NCBI GenBank assembly: GCA_964654015.1
Contig: CAZZHQ010000001.1
Span: 6,455-70,454, forward strand
Length of the DNA: 64,000 bases
Reading direction: 5' to 3'
Source of the DNA: an uncultured Dehalococcoidales bacterium
Lineage (GTDB): Bacteria; Chloroflexota; Dehalococcoidia; GIF9; AB-539-J10
The notes beneath the pieces were generated by a model that saw only the letters and a program-made list of their open reading frames with translations, was not told where the DNA came from and ran no database searches. Position 1 is the stretch's first letter; every line of letters starts with the position of its first letter. Both the position numbers and the translations under genes were made by a program. This document shows positions 58,005 through 64,000 of this stretch, one piece after another.

Positions 58005-59252
58005 TTGTACAAAGCCCCGAGAGGCACTTCAGATATATTACCGGAAGAGCAAGGATACTGGAGGCATGTAACGGATGTCGCCGCTTCTATAGGTCTTCTC
58101 TATGGATACCGCCCAATAACCACACCAATATTTGAAGATGCCCAACTCTTCTTGCGCTCCGCTGCTGTGGGAACAGACCTTGCTGATAAGGAGATGTATG
58201 TCTTCAACGATCCTGGAGGTCAACAGTTATCATTAAAGGCAGAGGGCACAGCCCCAGTCTGTCGAGCTTACCTGGAACATGGTATGTTTAATCTACCTCA
58301 GCCAGTCAAACTGTACTATATAACACCTGCATTCAGATTTGAACGCCCACAGGCAGGTCGCTACCGTCAGCATTACCAGTGCGGCTTTGAAGCTATTGGG
58401 GAGGCTGACCCCATTATAGATGCTGAGTTGATCGACCTGGCACAACGATTTCTTTGCTCGCTGGGCCTATCTGAATTCTCAATCGGGCTTAACAGTATAG
58501 GTTGTCAGACATGCCAGCCCCAATACGTTGAGGCCCTGAAAGAATACTATTCCTCATATCTCTCCGAGCTATGTCCTGACTGCGAGGTAAGATTTGTCAG
58601 AAACCCCCTTCGCCTTCTAGACTGTAAAAAGGAACACTGCCATGAGATAGCCGATGCCGCACCAAAGACTCTAGATTATTTATGTACTGAGTGCCAGACT
58701 CACTTTGAAGATGTACAGCAATATTTAGTAGCATTGGGAATTCCGTTCAGTATTAAGCATCGCCTGGTGCGCGGGTTAGACTACTACTCCAGGACTGTAT
58801 TTGAAATTGAACCTCTCGAAGAGAAATCTCAGAGTGCTCTTGGGGGAGGAGGTCGCTACGACAACCTCATTGAGCAACTAGGGGGAAACCCAACCCCTGC
58901 GGTGGGTTTTGCCACTGGAATGGAGAGGATTATAGCTAATTTACATAAACAAGGAGTTTCTATAGCTTCTTATACTGCACCTGTTGCTTTCATTGCTCAT
59001 ATGGGCAAGGAAGCCAAACTGGCAGCAATCGAGCTCGGTGCCAGGCTGCGTGCATCTGGTATTTCTGTAGTAATTGCCACCGGGTCTAAAAGTCTGAAAT
59101 CCCAATTGAGACAGGCAAACTCGCTAAGTGCCAGCTATGCTATCATCATTGGTGAACAGGAACTCAGCTCCGCAACCGTAGTCCTGAGAGACATGAAGGC
59201 AAAGGGGCAAACTACTATTCCCCTGGCGAATATTGAAAAAGCCCTGTTATAG
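58005..59252 (+). CDS. hisS: histidine--tRNA ligase
   Basis: Class II motifs (PRGTSD, FRFERPQAGRYRQHYQ, GGGRYD) and an anticodon-binding C-terminus. TTG start with an AAAAGGAG SD. Confidence 0.95.
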   Translation: MYKAPRGTSDILPEEQGYWRHVTDVAASIGLLYGYRPITTPIFEDAQLFLRSAAVGTDLADKEMYVFNDPGGQQLSLKAEGTAPVCRAYLEHGMFNLPQPVKLYYITPAFRFERPQAGRYRQHYQCGFEAIGEADPIIDAELIDLAQRFLCSLGLSEFSIGLNSIGCQTCQPQYVEALKEYYSSYLSELCPDCEVRFVRNPLRLLDCKKEHCHEIADAAPKTLDYLCTECQTHFEDVQQYLVALGIPFSIKHRLVRGLDYYSRTVFEIEPLEEKSQSALGGGGRYDNLIEQLGGNPTPAVGFATGMERIIANLHKQGVSIASYTAPVAFIAHMGKEAKLAAIELGARLRASGISVVIATGSKSLKSQLRQANSLSASYAIIIGEQELSSATVVLRDMKAKGQTTIPLANIEKALL

Positions 59253-59458
59253 TATCTATAGAAAAGATATAGTTCCTGGTCTCCTACAGCTCTGGAAACT
59301 AGGTGTTACAAATACATTTACTCCTCGAAATATGCTATACTTCTAGCTAGTGGATAAAGCTATATTCATCATTGAGCGAATACGGGCTTTATTCTTACTA
59401 TGTGTTAATAGCATTTTTAGTCATACTAAGGGGCAATAATGCTGGAGGTTAGTAAAAT

Positions 59459-61420
59459 ATGTCCCAAAACCTGATTCCGCCGGATTCAGAACAAAAAAGC
59501 AACAACAAACTTAATAGCCAGGAAAACAATAACGGTTATACCGCCGAGCATGTTCAAATTCTGGATGAAATAGAGGCAGTCCGCCTTAGGCCAGGGATGT
59601 ACATCGGCGGTACCGGGCGAGATGGTTTACACCACCTGCTATACGAAATTGTATATAACAGCATAGACGAGGCGATGGAGGGTCATTGTGACCACATCGA
59701 GGTGACTATCCACAAGGACAATAGCATCACTGTAGTGGACAATGGGCGTGGAGTACCTGTGGACATTATCCCTGGAACAGATATAACCGCTCTGGAGGCA
59801 GTACTAACCCATTTACATGCCGGAGCCAAGTTTGGCAAGGGAGCTTATCATATATCCAGCGGGTTACATGGAGTCGGAGCCGCAGCGGTTAATGCCCTAT
59901 CCACGTGGCTACGCGCCGAGGTTAGACGCGAGGGTAATATCTACTTACAGGAATATCAAAAAGGTATTCCTGTGGATTCGATTCGTGTAATAGGAGAGGC
60001 GGCTGAAACAGGTCTCACCATCTCTTTTCTCGCAGATGATACCATTTTCGAGGACATAGACTACGACTTTAACACTACCTATCAACGGCTACGTGAGCTG
60101 GCTTTCTTAAACAAGGGAGTCCCTATACATCTCAAAGATGAGAGAAGCGGCCAGGAAAAGGTAGCTTATTTTGAGGGCGGTATTGCCAGTTTCGTTCACC
60201 GTCTGAACAGAAACAGGCCAGTCATCCATCCTGAGCCGATTTACCTGTCAGCAACCGTTGAGTCTACTGCCATCGAAGTAGCTATGCAATACAACAGTAG
60301 TTTCACCGATTCTTCCTTTTGTTTCGCCAACTGTGTGAACACCAAGGAAGGTGGAACGCATCTGACCGGCTTCAGGTCAGCATTAACCCGTGCTCTTAAT
60401 GATTACTCCCGTAAGAATAACCTCATCAAGGACAGCGAAGCTAATTTCACTGGTGATGATGTACGGCAGGGCTTAGTATCCATTATAAGTGTTAAATTGC
60501 CAGAACCCCAGTTCGAAGGGCAAACCAAGTCAAAGCTTGGGAACCCTGAAGTAAGGGGCCATGTTGAATTTGCTGTAGCTGATAAACTAACTCTCTACCT
60601 GGAACAACATCCTGACGAAGCCAGGACAATAATTGGGAAATGTCTCACCGCCGCCAAAGCCAGAGAAGCCGCTCGAAAGGCCCGCGATCTTGTACTGCAA
60701 AAGAGCAGTTTTGAATCTTCTACCCTCCCCGGAAAATTGGCCGACTGCTCCGAGAAAAATCCCGAGCTGTGTGAAATATACCTTGTAGAGGGTGACTCCG
60801 CTGGTGGCTCAGCAAAGCAAGGGCGTGATCGCCGCTTCCAGGCAATCTTGCCACTTAAAGGTAAGATCCTTAATGTAGAGAAGGCAAGCCAGGAAAAAAT
60901 CCTTCAACATGAAGAGATACGAGCTATTATTACCGCCCTGAGGGCGAATTCCGATGGCGACTTAAATCTGGCCAAACTCAGGTACCATCGTGTTATCATC
61001 ATGACCGATGCCGATATAGACGGTTCACATATTCGCACGCTATTGCTCACTTTCTTTTATCGCCATATGGTGGATCTTATCAACGAAGGCTACCTTTACA
61101 TAGCACAACCTCCTCTTTTTCGTATAAAGTCCGGTAAGAAAGAGCACTGGATATACTCAGACCAAGAACGAGAGAGACTAACCAAAGAACTTCAAGGAAG
61201 CAAGATAGACATTCAGCGCTATAAAGGATTGGGCGAGATGAGCCCAGAGCAATTATGGTCAACCACTATGAACCCTGCCTCCAGAACACTGTTTAAAGTG
61301 CATATCGAAGACGCTATGTCCGTTGACCAGACCTTCCAGATGCTCATGGGAAGCGAGGTGCTACCCCGGAAGAACTTCATCCAGGCCCATGCTCAAAGCG
61401 TCAGAAACCTGGATATCTAA
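59459..61420 (+). CDS. gyrB: DNA gyrase subunit B
   Basis: GHKL ATPase (LEAVRLRPGMYIG, DNGRGVP), Toprim (LVEGDSAGG, DADIDGSHI), QRYKGLGEM. Confidence 0.95.
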   Translation: MSQNLIPPDSEQKSNNKLNSQENNNGYTAEHVQILDEIEAVRLRPGMYIGGTGRDGLHHLLYEIVYNSIDEAMEGHCDHIEVTIHKDNSITVVDNGRGVPVDIIPGTDITALEAVLTHLHAGAKFGKGAYHISSGLHGVGAAAVNALSTWLRAEVRREGNIYLQEYQKGIPVDSIRVIGEAAETGLTISFLADDTIFEDIDYDFNTTYQRLRELAFLNKGVPIHLKDERSGQEKVAYFEGGIASFVHRLNRNRPVIHPEPIYLSATVESTAIEVAMQYNSSFTDSSFCFANCVNTKEGGTHLTGFRSALTRALNDYSRKNNLIKDSEANFTGDDVRQGLVSIISVKLPEPQFEGQTKSKLGNPEVRGHVEFAVADKLTLYLEQHPDEARTIIGKCLTAAKAREAARKARDLVLQKSSFESSTLPGKLADCSEKNPELCEIYLVEGDSAGGSAKQGRDRRFQAILPLKGKILNVEKASQEKILQHEEIRAIITALRANSDGDLNLAKLRYHRVIIMTDADIDGSHIRTLLLTFFYRHMVDLINEGYLYIAQPPLFRIKSGKKEHWIYSDQERERLTKELQGSKIDIQRYKGLGEMSPEQLWSTTMNPASRTLFKVHIEDAMSVDQTFQMLMGSEVLPRKNFIQAHAQSVRNLDI

Positions 61421-61458
61421 GCGCCTGATGCCCAAAGACCAAGCTTTCCCGCGGCTCA

Positions 61459-62055
61459 TTACAGGTAGAGCCTATGCTCTGTTATATATTGCTGCACTTC
61501 AGCAGGTACCAGATAACGAATAGATTCTCCCTGAGTAATTCTGCTGCGTATGTCGGAGGAGCTTATATCTATTATAGGCATTTCTAATAGCGTAATATTA
61601 TCAACTAGTCCCGGGACAGCAGCTTCCAGAGGACTCAAATCTATCTGCAACGAACCCGAACGCGATACAACTACTAAACGGCACATCTGAAGCAGTTTTA
61701 TCGGCTCTTTCCATAAAGGAAATCCCTTAAGGCTATCGCCACCAATGATAAAGTAGGGATTGCCTATTCCTTGCCTGTCACGTAACTCTGCCATAGTATC
61801 TATGGTATACGAAGGACCAGTACGTCTTATTTCCACTGTACAAAGTTTGAAGCTTGGGTTGGAAGAAATGGCTAGCCGTACCATCTCCACCCTGTGATTC
61901 GCGGCTGTAATCCCGTTGTTAGCCTTAAACCATGGCTGTCCTGCTGGTATAAAAATAACCTCTGTTAATCCTAACCTGGTTCGTGCTTGCTCGGCGGCAA
62001 TCAGGTGTCCCGTGTGGATCGGGTCGAAAGTGCCACCAATAATACCCGTAGTCAT
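61459..62055 (-). CDS. nadD: nicotinate-nucleotide adenylyltransferase
   Basis: GGTFDPIHTGH nucleotidyltransferase motif and ISSSDIR. Confidence 0.9.
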   Translation of the reverse strand: MTTGIIGGTFDPIHTGHLIAAEQARTRLGLTEVIFIPAGQPWFKANNGITAANHRVEMVRLAISSNPSFKLCTVEIRRTGPSYTIDTMAELRDRQGIGNPYFIIGGDSLKGFPLWKEPIKLLQMCRLVVVSRSGSLQIDLSPLEAAVPGLVDNITLLEMPIIDISSSDIRSRITQGESIRYLVPAEVQQYITEHRLYL

Positions 62056-62059
62056 AACT

Positions 62060-63115
62060 TTAATTCCTGGGTTTTGGACGGAATATCTTCGTCTCAGACC
62101 CCTTCTGATACTCTTCCTCCCCGGTTATTTTTTCAACCATTTCAGTTATTTCGTTACTGAATTGCACCACGCCCTGACCAGTCTCTGCTGATAGAAAGAA
62201 TACAGATATACCTAATAATTTCAATTCAAGCTTTATCTCATCGATTCTAGATGAGATATCTGGCAAGTCAATTTTATTCACTACGATGACCTTATTTTTT
62301 ATCGATAAATTCCTGTCGCAGAGAGCTAACTCAGTATCCAAGATAGCAAGATCTTTTGTGGCATCTAAAGAGGTACCATCCAGGAGATACACTAAAAGCC
62401 GGGTTCGCTCCACGTGTTGTAAGAACTTATTCCCCAAACCTCTGCCGGAGGAAGAGCCCTCATCGATTGCCGGTATTTCAGCGATTACATAGTCTCTTGT
62501 ATCACCTCTAACCATGCCCAATACTGGTTGTTGTGTGCTGAAGGGATAGCTGGCTATTCTTGGCCGCGCCCTTGTCATTATTTTTAACAAACTGGACTTC
62601 CCGGAATTTGGTCTCCCTATCAGGCAAATATCAGTCACCATCTTATACTCAAGGACTATCCGTATCTCCTGCCCAATATCTCCCTTTTCAGCGTTTCTCG
62701 GAGCCTGATTTACCGCTGTAGCAAAATGTATATTTCCTCGCCCGCCTCCTCCTCCTTTTACTACTTGTATTTTGTCACCGCACTTAACCATATCAACAAG
62801 CACCGACAAACTCCCATCCTCTTTCATCTCGTAGACAGTAGTTCCTCTTGGTACTCTCAATACCAGATTTTTCCCTGCCCTACCATGTCTCTTCTCTTTG
62901 CCTCCACCTAAACCATTTTCGGCTATAAGGCTCCCCTTATTATCAAGATGGGATAAATCCGATAATTTCTCGTCAACCAGAATAACACTATCACCACCTT
63001 TACCACCGTCTCCACCATCTGGCCCACCTAAAGGAATATATCGTTCCCTGTGGAAGCTTGCGGCACCATCGCCACCACGACCTGCTTTAACATGAATATT
63101 AACTCTGTCAATCAT
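62060..63115 (-). CDS. obg: GTPase Obg
   Basis: Gly-rich Obg fold (GGDGGKGG), G1 GRPNSGKS, G3 and G4 (NKID). Confidence 0.95.
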   Translation of the reverse strand: MIDRVNIHVKAGRGGDGAASFHRERYIPLGGPDGGDGGKGGDSVILVDEKLSDLSHLDNKGSLIAENGLGGGKEKRHGRAGKNLVLRVPRGTTVYEMKEDGSLSVLVDMVKCGDKIQVVKGGGGGRGNIHFATAVNQAPRNAEKGDIGQEIRIVLEYKMVTDICLIGRPNSGKSSLLKIMTRARPRIASYPFSTQQPVLGMVRGDTRDYVIAEIPAIDEGSSSGRGLGNKFLQHVERTRLLVYLLDGTSLDATKDLAILDTELALCDRNLSIKNKVIVVNKIDLPDISSRIDEIKLELKLLGISVFFLSAETGQGVVQFSNEITEMVEKITGEEEYQKGSETKIFRPKPRN

Positions 63116-63287
63116 AATTATATTTATATTGGTATCTTAACTAATATATATTTATATATTAGTTATTATATTTGATTCTGTTGATTGTTGCGAAGTATTC
63201 AAAGATAGAAAGCCAACACCTCAGTACAAGTATATCAACAAGATGTAACTTGAGGTGATATCCGTTTTCGACAGAGTTTCAACATCG

Positions 63288-64000
63288 CTAGTCTGAAGAA
63301 GAAGAAGACTTTTTTAACTGCTCTCTAATTTCTAGTACCTGGTTATTTAATCGAGCGTCGCTATGAATATTGTCTGCTATCCGCTTATAGCCATGTATAA
63401 CTGTGGCGTGGGTTCTGTTTCCCAGTTGTCTACCTATATCAGCCAGCGAGAGACCACTATCCACTCTCATTAGATACATGGCTATCTGGCGTGCCTGAGA
63501 TGTCTTGCGGTCTCGAGTTTTACTGGGCAGATCCTCAGGGAGGAGGTTAAAATAGTTTGCAACTGTTTGGAGTAAGATTTTAGTACTGCGTTTATTTTGG
63601 GTTATGTTTGTTAACATATTGTTGACTGTCTGTTGATTAATTTCCATTCCAGTCAACTTGGCCTGTGCCGTTAAGTAGATAAGCGCTCCCTCCAGACGCC
63701 TGGAGTTGTTCTGTATTCTTTCCGCCAGTAGTTTCATAATTTCATCACTAATGAGCAATGACATTTCTGCTGCCTTGGTTCGTAGTATAGCGAGGCGAGT
63801 CTCAAAATCTGGCGCCTGTAGAGGAAATACAGGACCCCACTCGAGGCGGGATTTCAACTGGCTATTAAAAGAATCCATCTCATCCAGATGACGGTCAGCA
63901 GTGATTATGAATTGGCAATTACTACTGATTAAAGTATTGAATATTTGCAGCAGAGAACGCTGGGTTTGCTTTTTGCCATTAATAAATTGTATATCATCGA
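63288..64000 (-). CDS. dnaA: chromosomal replication initiator DnaA (C-terminal part; runs off the window)
   Basis: The frame stays open to the window edge: IDDIQFINGKKQTQRSLLQIFNTL..ITADR..LKSRLEWG (AAA+ sensor region), then the domain IV HTH (ARQIAMYLMR, HATVIHGYKRI). Confidence 0.9.
   Translation of the reverse strand, partial: DDIQFINGKKQTQRSLLQIFNTLISSNCQFIITADRHLDEMDSFNSQLKSRLEWGPVFPLQAPDFETRLAILRTKAAEMSLLISDEIMKLLAERIQNNSRRLEGALIYLTAQAKLTGMEINQQTVNNMLTNITQNKRSTKILLQTVANYFNLLPEDLPSKTRDRKTSQARQIAMYLMRVDSGLSLADIGRQLGNRTHATVIHGYKRIADNIHSDARLNNQVLEIREQLKKSSSSSD

Noticed and set aside
59349-59357. DnaA box upstream of gyrB (AGTGGATAA, 8/9 match to TGTGGATAA)
   Set aside because: It is a single isolated near-consensus box with no cluster or adjacent DUE. 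A chance occurrence is likely, so this is not evidence for oriC.
1-64000. CRISPR arrays, rRNA genes, retron or DGR-like elements
   Set aside because: I found no regularly spaced short repeats, rRNA-like conserved blocks or reverse-transcriptase motifs (YxDD) in any ORF. The only tandem repeats are the 12-nt coding units in dctP and the Gly-rich tail of the RRM gene.

Overview
Bacterial chromosomal window of about 60 genes that ends inside dnaA (partial, minus strand). All calls were read by eye from the ORF translations and the raw sequence; G+C statements are visual estimates and no search was run. Gene content (PPi-type PFK, GlpX, class II FBA, a QueG/RdhA-like Fe-S protein, an RRM protein, corrinoid methyltransferase parts, TRAP and amidohydrolase-type catabolic genes) suggests a Chloroflexota/Dehalococcoidia-like or similar anaerobe, possibly a MAG; this is unverified. 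Layout: (1) 0-9 kb: ABC-2 permease, then a decayed accessory patch (truncated tyrosine recombinase, IS3 transposase remnant, paralogous 49-nt repeats, GNAT, nitroreductase), xseAB and a palindromic repeat cluster. (2) 9.0-10.3 kb: an AT-rich block bounded by perfect 47-nt direct repeats, just upstream of an NSS transporter that carries one in-frame TAG. (3) 12-18 kb: lipid, Fe-S and glycolysis genes (pfk, fba, glpX). (4) 18-27.4 kb: an eight-gene minus-strand operon (TRAP transporter, LarA-like protein, two UroD-fold proteins flanking a corrinoid protein, SDR) divergent from an IclR regulator. (5) 27.6-37.1 kb: orphan catabolic genes including a 568-aa protein of unknown function. (6) DEAD-box helicase, RRM protein, tRNA-Arg(CCT) and tRNA-Ala(CGC). 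(7) 41.4-47.0 kb: the strongest candidate for a new system, a tightly packed four-gene minus-strand locus of a RadC N-terminal-only HhH protein, a 1080-aa MmeI/type IIL-like N6-adenine methyltransferase fusion, a 616-aa OLD-family ABC-ATPase/Toprim nuclease and a 64-aa ORF. (8) 47.4-64 kb: housekeeping genes (ilvE, hisHF, glnA, purF, pdxT, rpsT, rel, split uxaA-like, hisS, gyrB, nadD, obg, dnaA). No CRISPR array or rRNA was seen.
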